Shown here one piece after another: positions 25,739 to 38,810 of a DNA stretch of 64,000 nucleotides. Both the position numbers and the translations under genes were made by a program. The notes under the pieces are model-generated. The model was not told the DNA's origin. It saw only the letters and a program-made list of their open reading frames with translations, and did no database searches. Position 1 is the stretch's first letter. Each line of letters starts with the position of its first letter. The DNA comes from Acanthaster planci (lineage: Eukaryota), in the NCBI RefSeq assembly GCF_001949145.1, contig NW_019091360.1, forward strand, positions 3,346,864 through 3,410,863. The letters are read 5' to 3'.

Positions 25739-27829
25739 CGTTCCGACTACTGATATCGGGCTTCATAACACAAATAGAGCTTGGGATTAAGTCATAACAG
25801 TCCTACAACCATCTAATCAAAGAGCTAAGGCCAAAATCAGCTCAAGAATTCCATTTTCAAAGCGTTGTTTTAAAGTTGTAGTATGGGAGTTGCAATAATG
25901 CAAGAGTATCTGAGACTTTAATTCAAGTTTCAATCCTCCGTAGCAACACTTGTTCAGCCAGAACTTGCCTTTAAACTGCAAAAGTCATGTCTGCAAACTA
26001 TCTTTCCAAAAACCTACCGTGCCGGTAATTTGCGGAACTGTAACCAGATGTCTTCTCTATATTTCATTCTTTTTCACCTTGGTCTACATGTAAAGACAAA
26101 ATTGGACATCGCAAATCTATCAGAGAACTGTATGCAAGATAGTAGTTTGATCTTCACTATGTCCTATTGCTCCTAAGCAGAGTGGTTATTTCACACAGAA
26201 TTTGGGAGCAGTTTGATACCAAAGTTAAAGATTCATACTCAACGGTTATGTTGTGTGTTTGTGAGAAGCAAAACTCTAGTTGTCAACATATCTTACCCGA
26301 GAGTGAATTCCACCATCTGTAGTGTGATGGTTAATGCTTCTCTGAATCCTCTCCAGTTTGGTGGATTTCATTTTAACTCATGTATATGAGGAGAATTGCA
26401 TCTTAACTGCATTTTACAATCATGGCCATGAGGATTATCAATGTGCATACTAAATAATGTGCATACTAAATAATGCCAAACACTATGCATGTATAATGTG
26501 ATTACACATGCAAACTAAGACCAGTCCTTTATGGTCTCCATTTCGATGAAGTACAATTTCACAGCTTTATAGTTATAGGTCAAAATACAATGAAACCACA
26601 ACTTGATTTCTAAATGATTTCAGATTTCACATATTATGTTGAATTTGTTTTTTTACTACATTAAAGTATGTTTTGAAGTTTCTTCCTAAATAGTAATGAT
26701 ATACTTGCATGAAGTACTAGCAGATTAACCATTGTATCATTTCAAAGCATGTTCCAACAAAATGCCATATTTAATCTCATATTTATAATAAAATTTCATT
26801 TTATTTAACAAAGTCTTCAAAAGAGCTTTATGTAGTAGAGTGAATAAAATGCCGTAAGTGTTGCGCCAATGCTGCTTTAGTGTTTGTCTGATTTTTTTCT
26901 CAGCCATCTTGGAAAGTCGGGGTTTTTAGTTGTTTTGTTTAGTTGGGAGGGGGACGGGTGTAATGCTTGGTCTTGATATCAGGTACAGGGCGTTAACAAA
27001 GCCTTCCATGACACAGGTCTATGGCTGTTACTGCAGGGCTGTCAACAGCAAGAATGCGTCTTGAACCAAATTCTGTTGAAGGGCAGAAAAACTTTTATAC
27101 AGGGAAAGGGAAGGGGGGGGCAAAAATCTTGGGAAATTGTTAGGCAACCTTTGATGACCTTTCTGAGGGGAGGCTATGTTATGGTACATTGAACACACTT
27201 TGGGAAGGAAGAGGAAGGAAATAGGCCATAAAAATCGCCCTTCTATTTTTCAAATTTTCCCCCTTTCTAGGGTGGGGCATGACACCTGTTAACCCCTTCC
27301 CAGATCCACCCTTGGCCAACCTTTGACTAAGAGTTGAGCACGAAAATAGGTGTAGCCGCAGTGCTGGAAGCCCATGTTTGACGGCCACATGATCTATACC
27401 TGTACAGATACAGGTGCATATGCCATATTCACAGATATGACATTGCTGCTGTGAGAACTACAGTATATCAATCAATTACTTGTTCTTCACCAGCAATGAC
27501 CCAACAGACTCTGCTAAATGTTTTTAGTGTTCAGATGGGCCTGGAAAGGTTGAGAAAACGTACATGATTTAATTATCTGGGGAGATTTGATACTTCCTGG
27601 ATGAGAAATCCCTTAAGGGTGTGAGAAAACCTGAAATGCACGAGTTTCACACACAATTATGATGATGGTGTGAAATTAGAAATCACGATCACAGTCAAAC
27701 AAGGCTGAATTGCCCTTTGCACTGGGCACATGTACGGGTAGATGAATGAGGAGATGACATATAAATCAGTAACAACTGATTTCGGAAGGTATGCTGCAGG
27801 CACTAGACCAAGAGCAAGATGGTACTTAA

Positions 27830-27880
27830 CCCTAACCCTCCTCAATCCTTCACCTGTTGGAGGACTGAGGAGTGTTAGGG
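27830..27880. mobile_element. 51-bp piggyBac-like mini-element
   Basis: TTAA|CCCT...AGGG|TTAA, 23-bp arms (20/23) around a 5-nt loop. Confidence 0.7.
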
Positions 27881-30800
27881 TTAATAGTTCATAACAGACC
27901 TTAGACAAGCATGAAAATGAGGTCATGTTTTGCCACTGGTTTAACCAGTCAAGTTGGCCACTTTGAGAGATTCATCCATGATACCACGTGCAACTCCAAA
28001 AAAGACACCATACCCGTCAATTATTACCGGTCAATTTAGGCCATTTATTGAAAGATTTAATCCATTCATATTTTGACAAAGCACACCTTACTGGTAAATC
28101 CATTACCGTCTGGAGGGCTGAAATGGGCTAGGAGTTGTATGCAAATGGCCCTGTTAGCGAGTTGGCCATCTTGAATCAAAAACGAGGTGATCCCTGTAAC
28201 AGTTTTTCTAAAATCATCAGCCGACAAATTATACAGAGTATAAGCCTTTGTGCACCAATGAGCAGTTCCAAAGTAAGGATAACAATTCACCTTACCTTTT
28301 TCAAATTGAGGCTACCGCCAACCGCGACTCCATGGGCCACGTGATCGCGCAAGGCACGTTGGGAACTAACATGGCGCAGCAAGATCGTACCCATAGGAAC
28401 GAGGCTGAGCTATTGCATAATTATAGCAAAACTAGTCAGGCTCCTTCCCACTTCAGAGAATTTAAAACAAAGTGGATTCAGAGAGCAGGATCCAAAATGG
28501 CTTCTTTCTAAATCAAGCCCATACTTGTCATCCAGCCAAGTCATGTAACTCTCTTAACCACTTCATGCCAGAGCATTTTCCAATGTTGATGATGCTGGGC
28601 CGGCATGATTATCATTTTTTCCGTTTTCAAAATTCTTCAAAAATTCATCATTTCATTTAACGGACGTTTATAGCCGCACGAAGTAATCTTTAGGCACTAC
28701 TCTAAGTTGACAGGTAACCTTCATTTACACCCGAGTATTTCAGCCAAGCCTGCAGCCTTGTAAAAAGAGCCCAGATTGTACGGTGTTATGTAACTTTATT
28801 TTGTTCACAAACCTGGCTCAGTGCACTGCTGACCTCTTTTCAATGGGGGCCACATTAGCGTGCAGCGGTGCTGTGTGGTTCATCGCTGTGGTGGTGGAAC
28901 GCTTTTGTCCCCGGTGGTAATCCGCTCGCTCTCAATGCCCCAAACCCTGATATAAGGTTTCAAAACAAGGCTGATTTATCACCACTTTTGAGAGTGAAAA
29001 ATTTTGATAATGCCAAGCAGCCTGGTCTTTTGTTCGGAGTACAGTCTTTTGTAACAGGGCCTTGTTTCCTTTGTCCCACTTTGGAGACCCCAGCGACGCA
29101 TATAAAGCATACGTCTCCGATTCCGGAGTCCCCAGGAGGAAGTGGTTAAACAACAGGAAATATTTACAATCAATCTACATGTATGTATACCATTTTCTTT
29201 CATGGGCCATTGTGTCAAATGTAATAAGAAAACATGAGGCAAAGGTTTCAGCTGGTCTTAATACAGCTGTCTAGTAGGGGAAACAAATCAGACCTTCATT
29301 TCCAACCTCATACATGTAGTTGATATCTAGTTTGTATTTTCCTAAAGTTAATCATCTGACCATCATTAATTAAATGTGCATGTGGCACAATCCTTGGATA
29401 TTAAAACCATCTGTATTCATGAAAGAAAAAAACAAAACTATGCAGATCCACAGAAGAACAATACAGAGATCTCGTTGATTAGTGCTGAGTCTTCCCATGA
29501 TGCATTGCTTACAAGCCAGTATCCATTTTTCCTGGCAACTCATCTGCTGTACATGAAAATCACTTGAGTCAACTCTAATCACTATTAATCTAATCAAATC
29601 TAGAAAGTTACTGGAAAACTTCTCTGGGATTGTTATAAGTGTGAACAAAACTGGCTCGAGCATCTGTTGGATCCAGGAGGTTAATGAGATTGTGTATTTA
29701 AATGCCACATTTCAAACTGTTGACCCAAAAAACAAAAACAGGACGCTCAAAGACATGAGTTGTGCCTCGATCAACGAGCCATTTTTGGAAATATAAAGAC
29801 GACAAACTACAGTGGCAACTGCCAGTAAATGACCAAGTACATAGATCTTTAAAAATTCTTACAATTTGTTTGTAATGTATCAGTTTTGAAAAGTAAAGCA
29901 TTCGTGCAGAAAAGTTCTTAGAATTTAACATAAGCATTTTGGAAACACCATCTTAAAATAATATGGCAAAAGGTAATGTTAAAACCCTTAATGCAAAATA
30001 AAGCCTCCACAAATTATACAGAAAGACATATAAAATATCGATAACACTTTTTTTCAACTGGCAAGAAGGTGGCCTTTGCTTCAGAAAATTGAGCCTAAAA
30101 TTGCAAATGCAGCATACACTCTGGCAAGATTGAGTTAAATGTATTCAGCGCACAGCACGGCATAAAAATGTACAGAAACCGGGGGACATACATGTATTCT
30201 TGCTGACCATGGATGAGCCGGCTCAGCGAGTCCTTTGGGATTTCACTGGCTGTTGGGTGCCATGAACATGCATCCGTCCCTGCAATGTAATCTACTAAGC
30301 TTACAAGTATAAGCCTCCAGACATGATATATACATATCATGGAAACCGTAACTGGGGCGAGATTGGGTTTCAAGAAAACACACTAACATCTAGCGGAGGG
30401 GATGTAACCATGACAACAAGATTTTGTGATGTTCAACAACCATCATGATGAGTTCTGTCACGAGTTGCCACTATTATGTGAATCTTGCACAATTAGTTTC
30501 CCAAATTGCTCAAAAGTTGAAAAACATGACTGATTAAATCTCTAAAATTCTACGATTGTGGGTTAAACATCCTGAAGTCTGAAAAATCCAAGGAAATCAC
30601 ACCTCTTACGCTAGTTTGCTGGCATGATAAAACCCAACTTGACCGTCAGTGAGGTCAGTACACGTCATTCATGACCTCTGTAATATGACTAATTTCCAAT
30701 TTCTGATCTAAATAACGAGGTCAAAGATCCACCAACAGTTTCTAAACATACTGCACATCAACAACAGTGAAAATTGGGAATGAAAGTACAGGAATCATGA

Positions 30801-31515
30801 CTTAAACATTAACTACTTTATTTTTCAAGAATATTTCAGATGATCTTTTGGAAAAGCAAACCTGGGAATTGAATTTTATAAGGACGAGCAAAAAGCAACC
30901 AATTGTATGCACACATTCATGCTACAATTTCCAGTAACCTCCTCACACTACCAGTACTTTCAATTTGATGCACAGCGTCATTGATCAAAAATATGCAAAA
31001 TGTTGAAATGTTTACATTTATCCAAATGACAGTTCTCAATACGGCTCCTACCCTCATGTTAAGATGTACCAGAGACTCTACTCAGGTAGAAAAAACAATA
31101 CTGGATAGGTACATGCTGCTTCCATGATGTGGGAAAAAGAAGTCATAAACCACTGACTGAGCATGCTGGTAGGCCACACAATACATCTACATGTCTACTG
31201 TGGGGGTGGGGAAATGAGAAAAGTGGGAGGCAGATATGTCAGTAAAGACGACAAAGAAGTGCTGAAGCATGCAACTGGAAATACGAGAAAAAAGGACATC
31301 TAAAATGTGTTTCTCAGTCTGAAATGGCAAGCAGTGCATGGGAAGTAAAAAAAAAACCAAGTAAACTAATGATTTGAGGGAATTTATATTCCTGGCTTGT
31401 CTCCATCACATGCCCTAAAAAATGCTGGTACCGGCACAAAGCAATAAATGCTAAATGGACATGCAGTTACAACGAGCGGGGATTAGAGTGAGAAGTGGGC
31501 TGAGGAACTGCCATC

Positions 31516-32905
31516 TCACTGGGCCAGCATATTCACTACCACCTCTGCAATCTCCCGCTCCGTGGGGAGTCCAGGTACCTGACGCTGCAGGCTCTGGAGA
31601 CCGCCGTTGCTGGCAAATTTGATCGGCTCCAAGCTGTGGTTGGCTGGGGCTGGGTCCTGCAAACTGCCCAGCATGAAAGTTGGTTGGTGCTGGGGCTGGA
31701 AGGAGGGGGACAACGTGTGCAGCACTGGGGAGCACGTCTTTTGCGTAGCACTAACGCCGTTGCTGGTAGTGACATTGACAGCAGATGGTAGGCTGGTGAC
31801 CGGATGATGTTTCTTACAATGCGATTTAAGTGTGTGGCTTTGTGTGAAGCCTTTGCCACACTTCTTACACACGTGAGGCTTTTCGCCTGTGTGGACAGTC
31901 TGGTGCCGGGTCAGGTCCGACTTGTTCGTGAATGCCTTACTGCAGTGTGGGCAGGGGTACGGCCTCTCCCCCGTGTGGACTCGTTCGTGGTACTCCAGCC
32001 CCGTGTTCCACTTGTAGGTCTTAGGGCAGAACTTGCACTTGAAGGGCTTGTAGCCTGTGTGGATGCGCATGTGGCTCTTGAGCGTGTTGTACGACTGCAC
32101 CTCAACGCCACACGTCATGCAGCGTATTGGACCGCCCTCGAGCTCTGGATGCTTGGCGATCAAGTGACGCTTCAGCCGGCAAGCGTAGGGGAAGCTGGTA
32201 CTGCAGTGCGGGCATTGATGTACAGACACCTCGTTCCGATGCTCCCACATGTGTGGGATGAGGCTCCGCCTCCATTTGAAGGTAGCTCCGCAGATTTCAC
32301 ATAAATACTCCTGTTTCTCTCTCGGCGCTGACTTTGTATCTCTGGGTAGTCGCTGTCGTGGGTAAGCTGGCGTGCGACGCGTTCGACTGTTTTGTCTCTT
32401 CTTTCTCTGACTCTTTACAGTCTGAAGGATCTCCTTCACCAGAATGTCATTGATGCGACTGCCAGACTTGTCTCCAGCCTCCTCCTCCGAACACTTTTTC
32501 TTCCTTTTGATTTTGGACCTAAATTTCTCTTTGCGTTTTCTTGGCTGTCCCTCTTTTGTCCCATCGGACGCCTTGTCCTCGAGACTACAACTGCACAGAC
32601 TCACCTGCACACCAACCGAAATGCCTTGTGTTCTAGTCTGACAGTTAGCACCCACCCCATTTTCACAACTGTGGATTCCTCCATCAGTGGATGATGAACC
32701 CCCGAGGTTAACACTACAGAGTTGGACGGTCTGACAACCTCCATCTAAGGAGCATGAGGTCTGAACTGTTGTGGTACCACTTAGAGAGTTTACACAAGTG
32801 ATACTCGATGTACCACTAACCAAGATGGGCATCGTTGATTGGACAGACAAACAAGGACAGTTGTCACTGTTACGCCTAGCCATCATTCTCTGCTGCGACT
32901 GCAGC
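31516..32905 (-). CDS. ZF-C coding exon 3: C2H2 zinc-finger protein with 6 fingers (whole protein about 581 aa)
   Basis: 456-aa ORF with six C2H2 units, phase-2 acceptor ctttgtag|G. C-terminus PTEREIAEVVVNMLAQ identical to ZF-A. Confidence 0.92.
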
Positions 32906-33747
32906 CTACAAAGTCATGAACAGAAACGAACACAGTTTAGTTCCGGAGAGAATGAATCCCCAAATTCCAATGTAATAAGGTATTTGCCGTGCTCCAGAAG
33001 AGTCAAGAGTGACTTTGTTGTCTATTTATAAGGGCCAAAAAATAGTTTTTTATATGCCATGGCTTACCTGTGTGAATCATGAGGTCTGTGAGTGATTACA
33101 ATATCAAACCAGCATCTTCGTTAACCCATCATGAATGAACTTGAGCCAAGGCATGCGACGGAAACGCTGTACTTCCAACTATTTGTAATGCAGATGTTTT
33201 TATTTAAAACGCCAAGGGTACAGTATGCCCCCAGTAAATACATGTACCCTCAGGAAGCGTGATTTCACAATGCACAGCCTCAGTCCGATAAGGGACAATG
33301 TGAAACACTATCTCCAAATCTTCACCCCCTCCCAAAAAAAGGAAGTACACTAAAGAAACTTAAAGTCAGCATATTACTGAAGCACGTGAATATGATTGCT
33401 TTCAAATGTCAAACCAGGTGAAATTAGGGTCGGACATTCAACAGTTTCAGACCATTTGTAATATATGTATTTCTTCTTTTCTGTATACCAGTAGCAGATC
33501 TGATAGGACAAGGTAAAAAGTCACCAGAGAGAAATCCAATTTATTGATGTTACTCTGGTTTTGGTGTTGACGGTGTGTTCTTATGTGACTTTAGGGTATG
33601 TCTGTTCGAAAGCTGGTTATGACAGAGTGAGCTTGTTCACGCTAGTTCACGTTGTCTGACCACTTTTGGGGGGGCCTAATGCCCCACTCGTCACTGTTTC
33701 GGTCTTCTAAAGCCACAATACCTCTGTTTCCAGCAGTTATATCTCAC

Positions 33748-33981
33748 CTTTTCACTCTTTCCGACACCACAAGGTGATGTAGGAAGTCGCTGGTGGTCTC
33801 AAATCCGCCCTCAATCTGCAGTGCTCTCAGCTCATTGGTCAAGCCCGGGTGAAGGGTCAGAGTGTCGGTGGTCGGCTGCCTGTCTGCTGTTGGCTGTTGG
33901 TACTCGGGCAGTTGCGGGTAACCAGTGTAAACCAGTTGTGAACTGTGGTTGCCTGACACAGAGATGTTGCTTGTTTGCAAA
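33748..33981 (-). CDS. ZF-C coding exon 2 (N-terminal module)
   Basis: Acceptor ctgcccacag|, donor AG|gtgaga, 234 nt, phase 2-2, in frame with both neighbours. Encodes ...TLTLHPGLTNELRALQIEGGFETTSDFLHHLVVSERVK. Confidence 0.7.
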
Positions 33982-34755
33982 CTGTGGGCAGTCAGGTCAA
34001 ACATTGAACTCGATGGCGGTACGTGTACAATTTTAAAAATAAAAGGGGCATGTACATGCGATTGTATGAACTCGCACATTTTAATGGGATTTTCACCACT
34101 TGCCAGGCATGTAACTTGGACTTTGACAAAAAACAAGGAACTACCAATCTTGACAAGACATTGTACAGTGTTTTTAATTTTCAGTGGCATGAGTGTGAAG
34201 TGAAAAACAAGAAAATCAGCTGATCCAAGGAAACGTTGCATGCCTGTACTGCATACGACAGAGCATCAATCAACTGTGTCCAAAGAAACCTCTGGTTTCC
34301 TGTACATGTACAGTATGTATTCTAACACATTCTTTCTACCGTTTGTCACCAGACTACTCAATGGTCAATCTCTAAGTTGATTACGGAATTAAATCATTAG
34401 GCTTTAATCTCGAGTGCAAAATGCCGGAGAAAATTTTGGAGAATTGTTTTTAGCTAGAGTGAGGGAAGTTGGGCTGAGTTTAAATTGGAAAAATCTGCTA
34501 TGGTCGAAAGTTTTCTCTTATCCTGCCATCACCTTAGACCTTGTGCATACACATGTATGTACATGTACATGCAAGTCCTATGGGCCAACAAAGAAAAATT
34601 TTAGGTTTTTTGAAAGAAACTGTTTTTAAACTTCAAAAGTTAGTGTTTCTTCATCCAATGTACACTTGTTGGTAGCTTTCAAGTCAAGGAAGAGACAACG
34701 TGGCAAGACAAGGAACCCTTGCACAAAATTCTGCAGACAATTCCATGCGACCTAC

Positions 34756-34877
34756 TTGTTGACTTTTTCTGCCTCTAAGAGATGCTGCAAAACTGTTTCG
34801 TTGGGAAGCGCCTCTGTGGACGCCGGGTAGGCGGGGAGTACCAAGTGTGACTGATTGCTACCCTGATGTGTTGCCAT
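34756..34877 (-). CDS. ZF-C coding exon 1
   Basis: Strong Kozak accATGG just after an acceptor, MATHQGSNQSHLVLPAYP...VLQHLLEAEKVN, phase-2 donor AA|gtaggt. Confidence 0.65.
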
Positions 34878-35140
34878 GGTAACAGGCAAATCTGTTGGTT
34901 TATGAGAGACAGTAGAAAACATATTAATACACACAATAATACATGTACCAGTGTGATCTCCCACTTTGAAACAATAATTCCCAAGGATTCTTTTGTGTTG
35001 AAAATAGAACAGATTTATGACACTTGTGTTTATTTTCCAACTTTTTCAAACTTCTTACTGCTTGTATTTAAGTCCCAAACTAACCTTTGAGGTCCAAACA
35101 GTCTTTGTTCCTTATAATGGCCATTAATACTGTTCTTTAA

Positions 35141-35521
35141 CCCTAACCATTTAGGCCCTTTTTGCTGGGAACCCTCCTATATCCTCCAGAATCCTCCAAT
35201 TTGGGGGGTGAGAAACTTCCTCAATCCTCTGAAATTTCTTGAAAATGTTACTTGGAGGTGTGCCTACTGCCTCAATCCTTCAAAATCCTCCGGCAATTCC
35301 TGTCATTTTGTTGAGGCAGGGCAAATGGCATTTTTGAGCAGTGCAGATGATTCAAAAGAAATATCGGGCTGAATTTATGCATGACTGAGCAAGAACAACA
35401 CAAGGTCTCACCCACGACCTTCACTCATGGCATCCTTCGCAATCAGCCATGCACGATTGCCATTCACCCTCAATCTTCCAAAACCACCCGAAGGATTTTG
35501 GAGGATTGAGGAGGATTAAGG
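35141..35521. mobile_element. piggyBac-like MITE, same family as 27830-27880
   Basis: TTAA|CCCTAACC... and ...GGAGGATTGAGGAGGATTAAGG|TTAA, with several internal CCTCAATCCT motifs. Confidence 0.6.
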
Positions 35522-36963
35522 TTAATGATTTTGTGGGAGAAACAGAGACAGAAAATGTGAAATTCTTTCCTGGAATCTTAGAGGTCCATGCCCAGATACA
35601 AGACTCCCTCTACACAAGCCTACAAAAACGAGACCGGTCTAAAAAATTCTGAGTGTTTTCTAAGTAAATGCTATAATTTGTCTTTCAATGACATGCCATC
35701 ATCACATTCTGATGGCTGAAACATGTATGTCACCCTGGGGATGGCTTAGTGAAGATAATTTCATCGTCTTGGCTTAGTACGAGAAAGCACACAATGGCCA
35801 GGAAAACAATGGGGCAACTGAAGAACAAAACATCTTCCAAATTTGCAAACATCCTCACGTCATCAAAATTCATGCATATTAATATTTGCGCGCCTGCCTT
35901 TCCCGTCGCGTATCTTTTTGTTTACAATGCGCACTGGCGCAGTTTGAACCTTCGAAGATTTGAATGTCACTTGTCCTTCACTGGCAGCCAAGATGTGGAA
36001 AATCAAGGCATTTCCTGTGAGCATTTGGATTAGCTTATGAACTTATTAGCTTATTTTTCAAATCCTGGCAACGTTCAATTACTCAGTGATATCAATGACC
36101 CAAACAATTCGCTCTTTGCACGCTGCCGCCATAGGCATGCAGAACCTGGATCTGGCAGCTTTACACAATAAATAAAGCCGGTTCAGTGATTCCTGTGTAT
36201 GTTGCTTTATATGTAATTTTGCGTGTGCTGCATTAGGTCTTACATGTACATGAATACCATGTGATTGGACAAAGCAAGTCTGACGCACTTCAGTGTACAA
36301 GCTGTCAGTTCGAGGCTCTGCGTGCCCATGGAAGCCGCATGCAAACAGCCAACAGCAAAAATCCCCAACGGACTTCACGAATGTACCGGTACATCATTTG
36401 CAAGCCAAACAGTTGCTTTTTTTCTCAACAACAGAGGCGTGAAAATGTGGAGCATCAAAAGGGGCCTTGCACTTTGAAATTTTTTTACACATACAAAAAA
36501 TAATTAAAAAACACTATTTATAAGATGCTTAATATTTCAGGGGAATATTTATAAACTATAATTTTCCAAGTATATTTCTGGTATTTCTGGAGTATTTGAG
36601 TTGCTATGTTAGTGCAATTTGTTCAAATCTTACATGCAAGTCCAAGTGCAGGTATTGCATAGCAAGGTGCAACCCAAAGGCCCTAGGCCTACATGTACAT
36701 TACGTTATGGTTGGTAGTTCACGGAATAAGAAAGGCCATCAACGCATTGCCGCGTTCATGCTGGAATTTTTTTTTGTGTATGCAGATCTATGTGAAATTT
36801 TTTTCTGTGGATGTTTCTGTTTTGTTGAATATAAAAACTAATAGTTTTCATTTATTTTACAAAACCAAAAATGTAATTCGTACAAATGAAACCAGTAAAG
36901 AAAAGACACAGGTCACTGGCTGTTGTTGGCTGACACAAGTGTACATCATGTTTTAATCGGCAG

Positions 36964-38530
36964 AACATGTGAAACAAGTCCTCTGCAACCAAGGGCTGAA
37001 GGGTACAGGTGCTATTCTCCCACCATGATGACCAAAGCATACTGGGAAGTTCTTGATGAGCAAAAATTCATCTGAGGAACAGCTCATACATTCGGAATTC
37101 CCAAAGCAACACTTAGGGATCGTGTCAGAGGGGGAATCGGAGCTGAAGCAATGAAGTCTGGGAGAGATCCTCTCTTCTCGCTCAATGAGGAAGCTCAATT
37201 GGCCGACCACGTCAAGAGAAGGGCTAGCTACGGACACGGCTACAGCCATTCAGAGGTGGTTGACATTTAAATAAAAGATGCCAAGAAGAGCCATTCACAG
37301 AGTTGTGGTTGTATAATTTCTTGAAGAGACGGCCTGAATTAAAAGTGACAAAGCAAAGAGGTCCTGAGCTCCTTGGAGCAATGGCTACATGTACATCAGA
37401 AGAGGTGGTAGCAACAAACTACATAGAGCTGGATAACATCCGTACCAAGTACTGGTACAACCTACATGTACCTGTAAAGATGTCACCAGAAAGAGCATAC
37501 CGGGACAACATTGATGAAAAGGGCCTGAAGTTCAATCACACTCCTCCCTCAATCGTCATAGCAACATCATCAACACCTGCAGTTACATCTGGCAAACAAT
37601 CTATCATTACTATCATAGGTTGTGGCAATGTCCTAGGGCAGCAGATATCTGTACCCCCATACAATGTATTTCCCGGAAAAAGGATGAGACAGGAGCTCCT
37701 TATTAGCAGCTACCCCGGCGCTGATGGAACAGTGAATGAAACCGGATAGTCCAACTCGGATATCTTCATGACATACTTAACAACTCATTTTCAGAAGTAC
37801 TCTGTGCGTGGTCATGAAGATGAGCCAGTACTAGTGTTTTACGATGGCCACAACTCTCACATTTCACTGACAGTGATTGCCTAGGCAAAGAAGAATGACA
37901 TCATACTTTTCATTCTACCGGCAGTCCGGCACATACCAGCCACATACTTCAGCCCCTGGATGTTCACTGCTTTGGACACTTTCAGAGGGTGTACAATGCA
38001 GAATGCCACACGCACATGTGGGCCAACTCCTGTATCGGAATTGACAAATTTGCGATATGCGGATTGGCATGCAAGGCTTATGAGAAGGCACTCTCACCGG
38101 GAAACCTGCAAAGTTCCTTCAGGAAGGCAGGAATTCACCTGTTGGATCCAACGGTCATCACTAAATCGGCATTCGTTCATGCAAAGATTCTTTGCAAACC
38201 TCAACGTACTACGATTGAATAGCAAGTGTCAACAATGACTCATCAAGATCAGCAGCAGATGCCCTACAAGGTGGTCAGAATTATGATTCATCAACAGAAC
38301 AGTGTGAGCAGCTTCAACAGAAATGCACTAATGGAGTAGAAGACGTGGATACGTTTTTCAAGGGGAAAGTATGACGACTGTCTGATTGTCGAGAAAGGTG
38401 GTGACAATGAGCTGTCTACCTGAAGAATCAGATCAAGTCAGCGAAGATGAAATCGGAGAAATACTGTGTTTGTTGTCGGTACCATCCAATTGAGCTAGCG
38501 CAGTCTGACTGCATTTACAAATGCATTTCA
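36964..38530 (+). pseudogene. Decayed pogo-family (DDE_1) transposase
   Basis: HTH FGIPKATLRDRV, CENP-B-type WLYNFLKRRPEL, catalytic motifs NIDEKG, VLVFYDGHNSH and HTSHILQPLDV, and a Cys-rich C-terminal remnant. Multiple stops, frameshifts and small insertions; TIRs not found. Confidence 0.85.
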
Positions 38531-38585
38531 CATCTTGTCAGCGGAGGAATAACTGACCCGTCGACTGATGGAATAGGTTGGGGCG

Positions 38586-38810
38586 GACATCTGGGACTAT
38601 CACATAATGGGGGTAGCGAACACCACGCCAGTGAAAACAACTGTGACCATGGTGACTCATGCAAACCAGCCAGTCAGAGGATCGAGCTATTCAATCTTTT
38701 CTTTGATCAGTATGTACACGCGTGCACACGTCGCACTTGTTTTCACCAGCACAGTGTGGTTGGTACCCACCATTTTGCGAATGTCCCGGAAGTGTGTCTC
38801 GAGCCAAAAC
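38586..38810. mobile_element. Palindromic MITE-like repeat, copy 1
   Basis: Roughly 55-60 bp imperfect inverted arms (GACATCTGGGAC...GTGAAAACAA / TTGTTTTCAC...GTCCCGGAAGTGTGTC). Diverged second copy at 40338-40548. Confidence 0.55.

Noticed and set aside
30446..30533. ATGATGA...CTGA as a C/D box snoRNA
   Set aside because: No terminal stem, no recognisable rRNA guide, and no host intron on that strand.
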